Part shown: positions 53,173-63,195 of the stretch, in pieces
Numbering within the stretch: position 1 is the first letter of the stretch
Layout: each line of letters opens with the position of its first letter
NCBI GenBank assembly: GCA_963702845.1
Contig: OY969763.1
Span: 640,001-704,000 of the forward strand
Origin: an uncultured Verrucomicrobiae bacterium
GTDB lineage: Bacteria > Verrucomicrobiota > Verrucomicrobiia > Limisphaerales > Palsa-1400
Reading direction: 5' to 3'
DNA: 64,000 nucleotides
The notes under the pieces: generated by a model
What the model saw: only the letters and a program-made list of their open reading frames with translations
Database searches by the model: none
What the model was told of the DNA's origin: nothing
Position numbers and translations under genes: made by a program

Positions 53173-55080
53173 ATGGCCATCCGTCTTTTCATCGCGCTCA
53201 TCGTCTGCATTCGATTCGCCGCCTTCGCGTCCTTCCGCGACACCTCCGTCCTCGTCGAAGCCGAATCGATGTCGCATCTGGGCGGTTGGATGATCGACCC
53301 GCAATTCATGGATCAAATGGGCTCGCCCTATCTGCTCGCACACGGTCTCGGCAAACCCGTTGCTGATGCCTCAACGACAGTTCAATTTCCGAAGCCCGGC
53401 ACTTACCACGTATTCGTCCGCACCAAAGATTGGGTTGCACAATGGAAAGCTCCCGGCACGCCTGGTCGGTTCCAACTTCTCATCGATGGCAAACCACTTA
53501 AGACAACCTTCGGCACCGAAGGTGCTGAATGGCACTGGCAGCCCGGCGGCACGGTCAAAGTCGGTTCCGATCACAAACTCAATATTGCTCTCCACGACCT
53601 CACCGGTTTCGAAGGCCGTTGTGACGCCATCCTTTTTACAACCGAAAAGAAACTCACGCCGCCGAATCAAGGCGAAGCCATGGCCGACTTCCGTCGCGAA
53701 CTGCTCGGCTTTCCAAAAGAACCTGAAGCCGTCGGCACTTACGATTTTGTTGTTGTGGGCGGTGGCATGTCCGGCACCTGTGCCAGCATCGCCGCTGCGC
53801 GTCTCGGCATGAAGGTCGCCCTCATTCAGGACCGCCCCGTTCTCGGCGGCAACAACAGCTCCGAAGTTCGCGTCTGGCTCCAGGGCGCGCGCACGAAAGA
53901 ACCTTGGCCGCGCATCGGCGACATTGTGGCCGAACTCGAGCACACCAATCGCGCCCATTACGGCCCCAGCAACACCGCCCAACTTTACGAGGACGAAAAG
54001 AAAATGAGCGTCGCTTCTGGCGAATCAAACTTGACCATCTACATCGAACACCGCGCCAACGAAGTCATCACGAATAACTCGACCATCAAAGCGATTATTG
54101 CAGAGGACACTCGCACCGGCCGCCGCATTCGCATCAACGGACGTTGGTTCGCTGATTGCACAGGCGACGCCGTCATCGGCGCGCTCGCTGGCGCAGAATT
54201 CGAACTCCAAGCCGAAGGCCGCATGGGACAATGCAATCTGTGGAACGTCTGCGAATGCAAAGACACCAACGCCATCAACGTCGCCGCCATCGAAGACAAC
54301 ACTCCCAAGCCATTTCCGCGCTGTCCGTGGGCACTCGACCTTTCCAAAAGTCCCTTTCCGGGCCGCAGCAAAACCAAACCGAATATCAATCAACTCGGGG
54401 GCTGGTATTGGGAAAGCGGTTTTGATCGCAATCCGATCACAGAAATGGAATACATCCGCGACTGGAATTTTCGCGCGATGTACGGCGCATGGGACGCGAT
54501 GAAAAACGTCGACCACGTCCTGCCGAATCACTCGCTCAACTGGGCCGCCTACATCATTGGCAAGCGCGAGTCGCGCCGTCTCCTCGGCGACCTCGTCCTG
54601 ACCGTTGACGACCTCAAATACGGCAAAAAATATCCCGACGGCTGCGTGCCGAGTGGTTGGAAAATCGACGTGCATATTCCGAATGCTAAATTCGACAAAG
54701 GCTTCGAAGGTGATGCGTTTATTTCCAAAGCTGAGTATGGCCTTTATCCAATGCCTTATTGGGTCCCTTACCGCTGCCTCTATTCCCGCAATATCACCAA
54801 CCTCTTTATGGCTGGTCGGGACATCAGCGTCACCCACGAAGCTCTCGGCGCCGTTCGGGTTATGCGGACCTGCGGCTGCATGGGCGAAGTCATCGGTATG
54901 GCTGCCAGCATTTGCAAAAAACACGAAGCCAACCCGCGCGATGTCTATGCTAGTTACCTGAAGGAATTGCAGGACGTCATGCGGAAGGGCGCCGGCAAAA
55001 AACCGGCTGACCCTCACTACGAGAACCAGGGCGAACCTGAACTCGTCGCGGAAAAGCCTAAAAAATCCGCAACTCACTAG
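53173..55080 (+). CDS. Secreted FAD-dependent oxidoreductase (FAD_oxidored family)
   Basis: VVVGGGMSG, QDRPVLGGNNSSE, DCTGD, KRESRR, PYRCLYS, RVMRTC. Confidence 0.9.
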   Translation: MAIRLFIALIVCIRFAAFASFRDTSVLVEAESMSHLGGWMIDPQFMDQMGSPYLLAHGLGKPVADASTTVQFPKPGTYHVFVRTKDWVAQWKAPGTPGRFQLLIDGKPLKTTFGTEGAEWHWQPGGTVKVGSDHKLNIALHDLTGFEGRCDAILFTTEKKLTPPNQGEAMADFRRELLGFPKEPEAVGTYDFVVVGGGMSGTCASIAAARLGMKVALIQDRPVLGGNNSSEVRVWLQGARTKEPWPRIGDIVAELEHTNRAHYGPSNTAQLYEDEKKMSVASGESNLTIYIEHRANEVITNNSTIKAIIAEDTRTGRRIRINGRWFADCTGDAVIGALAGAEFELQAEGRMGQCNLWNVCECKDTNAINVAAIEDNTPKPFPRCPWALDLSKSPFPGRSKTKPNINQLGGWYWESGFDRNPITEMEYIRDWNFRAMYGAWDAMKNVDHVLPNHSLNWAAYIIGKRESRRLLGDLVLTVDDLKYGKKYPDGCVPSGWKIDVHIPNAKFDKGFEGDAFISKAEYGLYPMPYWVPYRCLYSRNITNLFMAGRDISVTHEALGAVRVMRTCGCMGEVIGMAASICKKHEANPRDVYASYLKELQDVMRKGAGKKPADPHYENQGEPELVAEKPKKSATH

Positions 55081-55212
55081 TCGGTCGTCCTGCCTTTATC
55101 TTACTCGCGAACGGAAAATCTCCGACATTTCCGTTCGCACTTCGACGGTCAAAAGTAACGGGTCGCGCGCCATATACGGCTTTTAGTTGTCACGGTAAAA
55201 AGACTGGCAACT

Positions 55213-55893
55213 ATGAAGCTTACAAAACTATTAGCTCTATCATCGTTGTTTTTGGGTGCTGTGACCGTGGGTGCGCAGCAGGATAATACGCTCTCGGTCA
55301 CGATCTCAGCGCGTATCATTTCTCAAAACACAAACGTTACCGACGTGCACAACGTCACCAGCACGCCGTCGCCAAAATCGCGTTCCGGCTCGAACACCGA
55401 CTTGCTCAAACGTCTTGCTCAGGACGAATTCAACGCTGGAAATTGGCCCAGCAACTCCTTCCCACACGGCGCTAAGTTGGTTGTTGTGGGCGGCAGCTTT
55501 GTCATCGTCAAGGGCACCAACACACTCGTCGACGTTTCCAATGTGATCAGCATCGGATTTGGCGTAAATACCATTATGTCGGGCCGCCAAAATGACATTA
55601 CCGGACTCGCCAGTCCGACCATTACCAATGTCCGCATCGGGCACCTGGTCTTCGATGACACCGGCCTCAATCCGACCGATGGTCTGCGGTTTTATCTCCA
55701 AGGCGTCCTGACCGAGACCATCACCGACAGCGCCGTTGCGAACAATGGCACGTATAACCAGACGCACAGCGTGAGCATGCCGACCGCTGCTGGCGAAGGT
55801 GATTCCGGGGTCGGTTCAGGAAATGACCAACCGATCATCGTCACCGGAAGCGTCTCCGCGTTCGGCAGTGGACGACTGACGTTGGTGCCGTAA
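55213..55893 (+). CDS. Secreted hypothetical beta-rich protein
   Basis: Signal peptide; T/S/N/G-rich; followed by a terminator. Confidence 0.75.
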   Translation: MKLTKLLALSSLFLGAVTVGAQQDNTLSVTISARIISQNTNVTDVHNVTSTPSPKSRSGSNTDLLKRLAQDEFNAGNWPSNSFPHGAKLVVVGGSFVIVKGTNTLVDVSNVISIGFGVNTIMSGRQNDITGLASPTITNVRIGHLVFDDTGLNPTDGLRFYLQGVLTETITDSAVANNGTYNQTHSVSMPTAAGEGDSGVGSGNDQPIIVTGSVSAFGSGRLTLVP

Positions 55894-55911
55894 CGAATTG
55901 CTTACCTTTCG

Positions 55912-55953
55912 AAATCCGATGCGAGCACGCCTCGTGTCGGATTTTTTGTTTTT
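55912..55953 (+). terminator. Intrinsic terminator
   Basis: AAATCCGATGCGAG / CTCGTGTCGGATTT stem followed by T runs. Confidence 0.75.
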
Positions 55954-56036
55954 CAGGCCAGCTGGCACATGACGCAGGTCAATAAGGCGCTCCAAATTTT
56001 CTCGTTCACCACTCGCCGTTCTGATTCAATGAAAGG

Positions 56037-57131
56037 ATGCATCTCAGATTGGTCGTAGGTTTAGTTGGTGCGGCGTTCATTAGTTTCACAGCAGCGGGTG
56101 CGACCACCAACACCACCATCCGGATCATGGCCAGCAACCTCTCGAGCGGGAACAATCAGCGCTATGAAACCGCGGGCATGGACATCTTGAAAGGGCTCAA
56201 GCCCGATGTGGTGGCGATGCAGGAGTTCAATTACGCCAGTGCCACACTTGGGACCAACACCACCGCCGCTTTGCGCGAAATGATCGATAAAACGTTCGGC
56301 ACGAATTTTGTCTACTTCCGCCAAACCAGCGTGAACATCCCAAACGGCATCGTCAGCCGCTATCCGATCCTCAACAGCGGCGTTTGGGACGACACCACGC
56401 TGTCAGACCGCGATTTCGTCTGGGCGCAAATCGACATTCCCGGCACCAATGATCTCTACATCGTTAGTGTGCATATGAAAGCCAGCAGCGGTTCGTCTAG
56501 TCAGCGCGCCGGTCAGGCGACCACTTTGAAAGGCCTCATTCAGGCGAATTTTCCGGCTAACGCTTACATCGTCGTTGCCGGTGATTTCAACCTCTACTCT
56601 ACCGGCGAAGCCTGCTACACGACGATGACGTCCTATCTGACCGACCCAAGCCCCGCCCCGAACGATTCTGCTGGCGACGCCGATACCAACGAACCCCGCA
56701 GTGAACGATACGACTACGTCTTCGCCAGCCAATCGCTCAACACCACTCGTGTCGCCTCAGTAGTTGGCGCTCACACATTCACCAACGGCTTGGTGCTGGA
56801 TTCTTCCGTTTACCCGACGTTGAGCGAAATCTCGCCGGTGCAATCTGGCGATTCACACGTGACCGGCATGCAACACATGGGCGTCATCAAAGATTTTAAA
56901 CTGATCTACACTTTAACCGACCCAACCGCCCCCCCACCAACCCTCACCCTGACCGCACCGAACATTCTTCAATGGCAAGGCGTCGCCAATACAACCTACA
57001 GCGTCCAACTCACGACCGATTTACAAAGCTGGTCGCCCGCCGTCCCTGTAACATCTTCATCAACCGCCTTTTCCTTCACCAACCAATCCCCCGACCCAGC
57101 CGAGACTTTCTATCGCGTCACGTATCCATAG
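56037..57131 (+). CDS. Secreted endonuclease/exonuclease/phosphatase with a short C-terminal FYR domain
   Basis: PDVVAMQE, SRYPI, VAGDFN, RYDYVF; ends TFYRVTYP. Confidence 0.87.
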   Translation: MHLRLVVGLVGAAFISFTAAGATTNTTIRIMASNLSSGNNQRYETAGMDILKGLKPDVVAMQEFNYASATLGTNTTAALREMIDKTFGTNFVYFRQTSVNIPNGIVSRYPILNSGVWDDTTLSDRDFVWAQIDIPGTNDLYIVSVHMKASSGSSSQRAGQATTLKGLIQANFPANAYIVVAGDFNLYSTGEACYTTMTSYLTDPSPAPNDSAGDADTNEPRSERYDYVFASQSLNTTRVASVVGAHTFTNGLVLDSSVYPTLSEISPVQSGDSHVTGMQHMGVIKDFKLIYTLTDPTAPPPTLTLTAPNILQWQGVANTTYSVQLTTDLQSWSPAVPVTSSSTAFSFTNQSPDPAETFYRVTYP

Positions 57132-57243
57132 TGGCGAATTCCCGCGAAGCGGCTTGGAGCAGCCCCAGAGCGTTGGCATTTGAACCTTTCGAAAAATACT
57201 GCCGAACACGTGCCCTCGTGTTAGAACCAACACAAAGGAAACT

Positions 57244-58305
57244 ATGAAACTCACGCGCTTTTGCTTCCCAACGCTCCTGCTCCTGCTTTCGCTGCTGGTC
57301 GGATGCAAGCCGTCGCGGGATATTTCCGGCGCGTGGTCTGGCACGCTCGATGCAGGGCACCTGAAACTTCGCCTTGTTTTCCACATCAAAAGAAGTGGCG
57401 GCTCCTACGAAGCGACCGTTGACACCATTGATCAGGGGCGGCGAGACCTTCCGGTTTCCGCGATCAAAACAAAAGGTAATGAGGTCCATATCGAACTCGG
57501 CGCATTCTCTGCGGTTTATGATGGCAAAGTTGATTCGACGGGCACGCAAATGACCGGTTTATTCCGCCAGGCTGGCGCAAATATTCCCTTCAATCTCCAG
57601 AAAACCGCGCAGCCGCCAACCGTCGCACCGCCGCTTTTGCCAGCCTCATACACGCCTCGTTCTGGCTCGGACCTGCAAGGATACTGGGAAGGCACCGTGA
57701 CCATTGGGCCGGTGAAGAATCGGCTCGGGTTCAAAATTGCTGAACTCGGGAAAGGCCAATATCGCGCCGAACTCGACAGCCTCGACCAAGGTGCCACCGG
57801 CATTCCGATTACCGCCGTTTCATATAAAGCGCCTACCGTGCACATGGACGTCATGGGGGTTGCGGGCAGTTTCGACGGCACCGTCATTCAACCCGGCGAA
57901 ATCAGCGGCACCTGGAAACAGGGACCGAATTCGTTGCCTGTCATCTTGCGACGAGGCGCGCCCCCAGCGAGTGACACGGCTGATTATCGCGCGAGCAAAG
58001 ATACCGAGCCCCAGGGCACCTGGGCCGGCGGACTCGATGCCAAAGCTGCTATCCTCCACCTCGTATTGAAGATCGGCAAGCAACCCGATGGCACTCTCGT
58101 CGCCAAACTCGACAGTCCTGATCAGGGTGCGGCCGGTATACCCGCTTCCACGGTGCAATTCACCGCGCCGTCGACCCTCAACGTGGAATGGAAAGCGATG
58201 TCAGGCGTTTTCAAAGCCGAACTGAAGAATAATAAATTGACCGGCACCTGGATCCAAAACGGCCAGTCGTTCCCTCTGACTTTCCAGCGCGAAAAATCCA
58301 AATAA
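57244..58305 (+). CDS. Lipoprotein made of three tandem homologous beta domains
   Basis: LLVGC lipobox; three GxWxG..D(S/T)xDQG..GxW/FxQ repeats. Confidence 0.82.
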   Translation: MKLTRFCFPTLLLLLSLLVGCKPSRDISGAWSGTLDAGHLKLRLVFHIKRSGGSYEATVDTIDQGRRDLPVSAIKTKGNEVHIELGAFSAVYDGKVDSTGTQMTGLFRQAGANIPFNLQKTAQPPTVAPPLLPASYTPRSGSDLQGYWEGTVTIGPVKNRLGFKIAELGKGQYRAELDSLDQGATGIPITAVSYKAPTVHMDVMGVAGSFDGTVIQPGEISGTWKQGPNSLPVILRRGAPPASDTADYRASKDTEPQGTWAGGLDAKAAILHLVLKIGKQPDGTLVAKLDSPDQGAAGIPASTVQFTAPSTLNVEWKAMSGVFKAELKNNKLTGTWIQNGQSFPLTFQREKSK

Positions 58306-58455
58306 TTTCTGAGCCAATACACGTCGTCTTACTTGACCCGCTCGACTGTGTTGAAGAGTTCCAGTTGCTGCTGGATTCAACACCTCACCAAAATCAGCTA
58401 CAACTTTAGCAATATCTGGCAAGTCCGTGTCGCCCCTATCAAACATAGTGACTAC

Positions 58456-58883
58456 ATGAAAACGTCACGCACTTGCGGTGTCCTGTGTGTGCTCTTTGCT
58501 GTCGCCGTTGTGTCCATCGCGTTCGCTGACGCCACGGCTGACCGCTCTAACATGCAGATTTTCATGCGCCAGAAACTCGAGTTTTCCAAGGGCATCACCG
58601 AAGGCATCGTGCTGGAAAAATTCGAAGTTATTTCACTCAATGCCGCCGCCTTGCGCAAAATGACCCAGACTAATTTTTGGATCCAAACCCAAAACACGAA
58701 TTACCTGGCGAAGATGACGAACTTCCAAACTCAGCTCGGCACCCTCTTTTTGCCGCGGGCGATCGCAATCTCGACCGCACCACCGAAGCCTACGGCAATG
58801 TTCTCAAAAGCTGTATCGATTGCCACCACCTCGTGCGCAAAGAACAAGTTGGCTTCCCGCGTTGGGGTAGTCGCGACGAATAG
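58456..58883 (+). CDS. Class II (c'-like) cytochrome c; frameshift near 58750
   Basis: Signal peptide, helical body; the shifted frame ends SCIDCHHLVR. Confidence 0.72.
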
Positions 58884-58902
58884 CGCAGTTATTTACAAAC
58901 CA

Positions 58903-58931
58903 TTGCACCTGATGGGTGCTCATTGTAGTTT
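58903..58931 (+). promoter_or_regulatory. Sigma70-type promoter of nadA, probably leaderless
   Basis: TTGCAC-17 nt-TAGTTT, then 6 nt to ATG 58938. Confidence 0.5.
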
Positions 58932-58937
58932 GCATTG

Positions 58938-59942
58938 ATGGCTATCGCAGTCGCCCCAAATCAGGATTTCGTCACGCGCATCCCGCTGGCGCCGCAGCGT
59001 CTTGATGCTCTTTCGCGCGACATCATCGCGCTCAAGAAAAAGCTCAATGCCATCATTTTGGCCCACAATTATCAAGTCCCCGAAATCCAGGACATAGCCG
59101 ATTTCGTGGGTGATTCCCTCGGCCTCTCGCAACAAGCCGCCAAGACCAGCGCCGACGTCATCGTCTTCTGCGGCGTACATTTCATGGCCGAAACCGCCAA
59201 GATTCTGAACCCGAACAAATTGGTCATCCTACCCGACAAAGACGCCGGTTGTTCGTTGGAAGAAAGCTGCCCCGCGCCCAAGCTCAAGCAACTTCAGGAC
59301 ACAAATCCAAATTTTTACACTGTCACCTACATCAACTGCAGCGCCGAAGTCAAAGCCCTCAGCGACGTGATATGCACCAGTGGCAACGCCGTCAAAATTG
59401 TCAACGCAACGCCGAAGGACAAAGACCTATTATTCGTCCCCGACGAAAATCTCGGCGCGTGGGTGATGGAACAAACCGGTCGTAAGATGACCTTGTGGAA
59501 AGGCAGTTGTTACGCGCACGTCGAATTCACGCACGAAAGCATCATGCGCATCCGCCGCGAGTATCCAGACGCGCCCGTCGTCGCGCATCCCGAATGTACC
59601 CGTGCCGTTCGTCTGTTAGCTGACGAGATTTGTTCGACCGAAAAGATGGTCGACTTCTGCAAACGCAGCCCGGCGCAAACCATCATCATCGCCACCGAAG
59701 CGGGCATGATTCATCGCCTCAATAAAGAATGTCCCGGCAAACGGTTCATCCCAGCGCCAGTGGCTAACTGCCGTTGCAACGAGTGCAAATTTATGAAAAT
59801 GAATACGCTCGAAAAGTTGCACGCCTGCATGGAAGATTTGAACCCGCGCATCGAACTGCCAAAGCACATCATCGAACGCGCCCGTCTGCCCATCGACCGC
59901 ATGCTGCAAATTTCAGCACAGCCGCTCGCTAACGCTGGTTGA
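58938..59942 (+). CDS. nadA: Quinolinate synthase
   Basis: ILAHNYQ, GDSLGLS, FCGVHFMAETAKIL, AGCSL, AHPEC, CKFMKMNTL. Confidence 0.97.
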   Translation: MAIAVAPNQDFVTRIPLAPQRLDALSRDIIALKKKLNAIILAHNYQVPEIQDIADFVGDSLGLSQQAAKTSADVIVFCGVHFMAETAKILNPNKLVILPDKDAGCSLEESCPAPKLKQLQDTNPNFYTVTYINCSAEVKALSDVICTSGNAVKIVNATPKDKDLLFVPDENLGAWVMEQTGRKMTLWKGSCYAHVEFTHESIMRIRREYPDAPVVAHPECTRAVRLLADEICSTEKMVDFCKRSPAQTIIIATEAGMIHRLNKECPGKRFIPAPVANCRCNECKFMKMNTLEKLHACMEDLNPRIELPKHIIERARLPIDRMLQISAQPLANAG

Positions 59943-59997
59943 AATCACAATAACCTGGGCTTGTTATTAACGGAACCGGTTGCAGTTCAAAACTGGT

Positions 59998-60759
59998 TTA
60001 CGGTGGGAAGTCCGACAACGTAGTGTCGCGCGTAATGGCATACTGAAACTCCCAATCCTTGCGTGTCACCCAGGCAGCATGTCCATCGCAATACAGGACG
60101 TTGCCTCCGTATCTGCCGTGATTGTCCGCTGGATCCAACTCCAGATTTGTGCCCGGATCATCCTGATCGAATAGCAGCCACACTCGGCTCGGACCTGGCC
60201 GAAATTCAGGGCTCACTCTTGTGTTGTGATAGTTCACGAATGACTGCACGTAATCGAGCGTCACTTTGTTAGTGATGGCTCGGGCCCCGGCGCCAGGCAC
60301 GACATGCTGGATGGATCCGAGGACTTCGAAGCTGTGGCCATGCACGGCTCCTTTCGACGCGGAGTTGTCCGTCAGGTCCTTGATAACTTTGTTCGCGTTC
60401 GGAGTAAACACCGTCAGGAACAAATTCGGATTCACGATGTTCTGCGTACCGGGGCATGTGAACGCATTACAGTTCGGCACGTAACTCGGCATTAAAAACG
60501 ACAAGTCGTCGTCACCGATGTAACGCTCGTTGGGCGTGTAACTGGGCACCTGCGTATCGCAAGTGAGGTGCCCCTTGAAATCACCGGCATACATCTGGGA
60601 GCCCAACCCGATTTGCTTCGTGTTACTGAGGCACTTGATCCGTTGCGCCTTATCCTTCGCGCGTGACAACGCCGGCAGCAACATCGACGCGAGAATCGCG
60701 ATGATCGCGATCACCACCAATAACTCGATCAACGTAAACCCACTCCTACGCCTGTTCAT
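59998..60759 (-). CDS. Prepilin-type N-methylation domain protein with H-X9-DG C-terminus
   Basis: [45 protein letters not shown]. Confidence 0.92.
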   Translation of the reverse strand: MNRRRSGFTLIELLVVIAIIAILASMLLPALSRAKDKAQRIKCLSNTKQIGLGSQMYAGDFKGHLTCDTQVPSYTPNERYIGDDDLSFLMPSYVPNCNAFTCPGTQNIVNPNLFLTVFTPNANKVIKDLTDNSASKGAVHGHSFEVLGSIQHVVPGAGARAITNKVTLDYVQSFVNYHNTRVSPEFRPGPSRVWLLFDQDDPGTNLELDPADNHGRYGGNVLYCDGHAAWVTRKDWEFQYAITRDTTLSDFPP

Positions 60760-60763
60760 AACT

Positions 60764-63007
60764 CTAGAATTTGAGTCGGAAGAACGCCGCGGCATCCGTT
60801 GCCGGCACTGTTACGGTATTGTTCGATCCGGAAACAACCACCGGTTGCGCGACGTTTGCCCAATTGTTACCTGCTGGAAATGAGCCGACAGATTGTAGCG
60901 TAAACGCGCCGGCATTGGTCGGCCACGAAAACACAATGTTTGGCGCCGCGTAGGAGAAGCTCAATTGCGGTGACGGCGGCGCAGCAAACCCGATCGGCGT
61001 GACCGCAGCCCAACTGGTGTCGATGCGCACCTCGTCCCACGTCATCGCATTCGGCGTGTTTGCCGATGTGCTTTGCCGGATAACGAACGTGTCGATCAAA
61101 GTGATGTCCGCGTCGAGCAGGGGAGCACTGAGCGTCGGCGTGGGCGCGGATGCTTGTCCAAAACTGGCGGCTGTCGGATTGATCCACAAATCAAACGTGT
61201 CATCGCTCGTCGCGGTGGAGTTGAACGTGTATCTTCCGACGATGAACACCGTCTCACCGGGGAAATGGTCGGTCGTGTCCCAAATATACGCGGTGCTCTT
61301 CGAAGTTTTGTTCGCGCCGATTTGGTAACCGGTGCCGTCTCCGTTCAAGCGCACCACCAGTCGTGCATCTTGAACATCGGCGGCTTGATTGACGAACGCG
61401 GCAATAAAGTTCGCGCTCGAGTTGAACGCTCCCAACGCATCCACTCGCATCAAAAATGAATAAAACAATGGCCCGCGATTGATCTGTTGGCCGAGCGCCA
61501 GGCGTTCGGCAGCGCCGGAGCCGCCATTGGTGATGGAGTTGCCGGTTGAATTCGCGAGTCCGGTGTAACTCAAATTTCCAGCGACGATCGTCGTATCGTC
61601 ACCTGAGCCATTCGTGTTCCAAATCATGCCCGCACCGGGCGACTTGCCGGTCAGCCCTTCACCAACGTTGTAATTGAACGGTTCGTAAACATGAATGACA
61701 ACCGGTGGTGGCGGATTGGTGAACACCAGGATTGCTGCCGAACTCGTCGCCGCGCCGACACTGTTACTCGCCACTACCGTATAATTTCCCGCTGCCGTAA
61801 ACGGCGCGTTGGAAATCACCAAAATAGAATTCGTCCCGTTCAACACCGGCGTGTCACCACCGACGAACCATTGAAAAGTCATCGGCACATCGCCCTGTGC
61901 GCCGGCGCGGAACGTCACCGTTGTATTCGTCGCTGTCGTCACGTTAGCGGGCTGACTAAAAAACGTCGGGGCCGCCGGAGTATTCGTTAAAATCGCGTAA
62001 ACCTGGATGCCATTGTTGCAGTCCATTACGAACAATCGATTTGTTCCGTAAAATGCATCGGCATACCCGAAATCCACCGCGCCGGCAAAAGCGCCGTTAG
62101 CGATGTCGCTCGGCAGAGTCTTGCTGTCCTGCAGCACCGGCACGCTCGCGGGTTGGCTCACGTCAAAGAGATATGCGGCGTCGCCCGTTTTGATCGCCAC
62201 ACCGCCAAGCAAATTTAACGTCGGACTCATCTTGATCGGGGCCAAACCAGTCGGCATCGGTGGCTGCGGATAAGTGACCATCGTCGTTGCACTGCCAGTG
62301 GCGACGTTAAACGAGAACAAGCGCAACGGATCAGTCGTCGACCCGCTAGTCGTTCCGAACGCTCCATAAAAAGTATTTCCTGGGCCAAAAGTGATTCCGT
62401 AACCCGCCGATCCGGCTGGGCCGTCCATCGTCAATATCGTCGGCGTAAACGCGGTCAGTGAGGCATCTGTCGGACGAAACAGCGCCGCGACCGTTCCGCG
62501 CGAACCGAATACGATCATCGTGCTCGTCCCCGAACCGCGCACATCCATTGTGTCTCCGTAACGCTGACCATCACCGGCGGTGCCGGGATGTCCGTGCCAA
62601 ACGATCGATTGCGCGGAGCTTTCATTGGCCCAACTATAAATGTTGAGATCGGGCGCGCCTGTGGTGTTCTCCAGATTGGCCGCGTAAATGACCCCGTCAT
62701 CGGCCACGCGCACCAGGTTCATGACGAAACTCGAGTTGCCACCCGTCGCCAGGCCCGACGTATCAAGGGCGCCGATGTCACTGCCGGTCACGCCATCGAT
62801 GATGTGAATCGCAGGCACGGATTTATCAACGATGAGGATGTGGCCGGTGGCTGGATTATAGGTCATGCCACGTTGATTACTGGCTGTGCCGAGCCAAGTA
62901 TACGTTCCTGCGGCGACGTTAGTGATCAAACTCAGCGAATAGGTCGAAGCTTTGGCCGAGGCAACAATGCCAAGGGCGAGAGCAAGGGCGGCAAATGAAG
63001 TCTTCAT
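60764..63007 (-). CDS. Secreted propeller-like (DUF4623-like) + Ig protein with a C-terminal FFR domain
   Basis: [24 protein letters not shown]; Ig motifs [20 protein letters not shown]; ends AFFRLKF. Confidence 0.78.
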   Translation of the reverse strand: MKTSFAALALALGIVASAKASTYSLSLITNVAAGTYTWLGTASNQRGMTYNPATGHILIVDKSVPAIHIIDGVTGSDIGALDTSGLATGGNSSFVMNLVRVADDGVIYAANLENTTGAPDLNIYSWANESSAQSIVWHGHPGTAGDGQRYGDTMDVRGSGTSTMIVFGSRGTVAALFRPTDASLTAFTPTILTMDGPAGSAGYGITFGPGNTFYGAFGTTSGSTTDPLRLFSFNVATGSATTMVTYPQPPMPTGLAPIKMSPTLNLLGGVAIKTGDAAYLFDVSQPASVPVLQDSKTLPSDIANGAFAGAVDFGYADAFYGTNRLFVMDCNNGIQVYAILTNTPAAPTFFSQPANVTTATNTTVTFRAGAQGDVPMTFQWFVGGDTPVLNGTNSILVISNAPFTAAGNYTVVASNSVGAATSSAAILVFTNPPPPVVIHVYEPFNYNVGEGLTGKSPGAGMIWNTNGSGDDTTIVAGNLSYTGLANSTGNSITNGGSGAAERLALGQQINRGPLFYSFLMRVDALGAFNSSANFIAAFVNQAADVQDARLVVRLNGDGTGYQIGANKTSKSTAYIWDTTDHFPGETVFIVGRYTFNSTATSDDTFDLWINPTAASFGQASAPTPTLSAPLLDADITLIDTFVIRQSTSANTPNAMTWDEVRIDTSWAAVTPIGFAAPPSPQLSFSYAAPNIVFSWPTNAGAFTLQSVGSFPAGNNWANVAQPVVVSGSNNTVTVPATDAAAFFRLKF

Positions 63008-63195
63008 ACGGGTGGGTAGAGCGCGAAATGAGTTCACGGCTTTTTTAAAAGGGCTTGGGCTGAGCATACAGAAGTCGTGACCGAAAAGTAGCCGCCAAAC
63101 CCTGAAAACTTTGTAAGGGATTACCCGATGGCAAGCTAAGCCACCCCTTAACGCCTCACGCGGCCATTGCAGCTCACGTTCGCACTTTTCCGCAC

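Noticed and set aside
55107..55138. 11-bp stem-loop as an ncRNA or terminator
   Set aside because: No U tract and no second copy or known fold; left unassigned.
57141..57185. Possible degenerate REP-like element
   Set aside because: Single copy with weak symmetry; cannot be supported from this window.
58348..58384. Stem-loop upstream of the cytochrome gene as a riboswitch
   Set aside because: No recognisable aptamer motif or expression platform.
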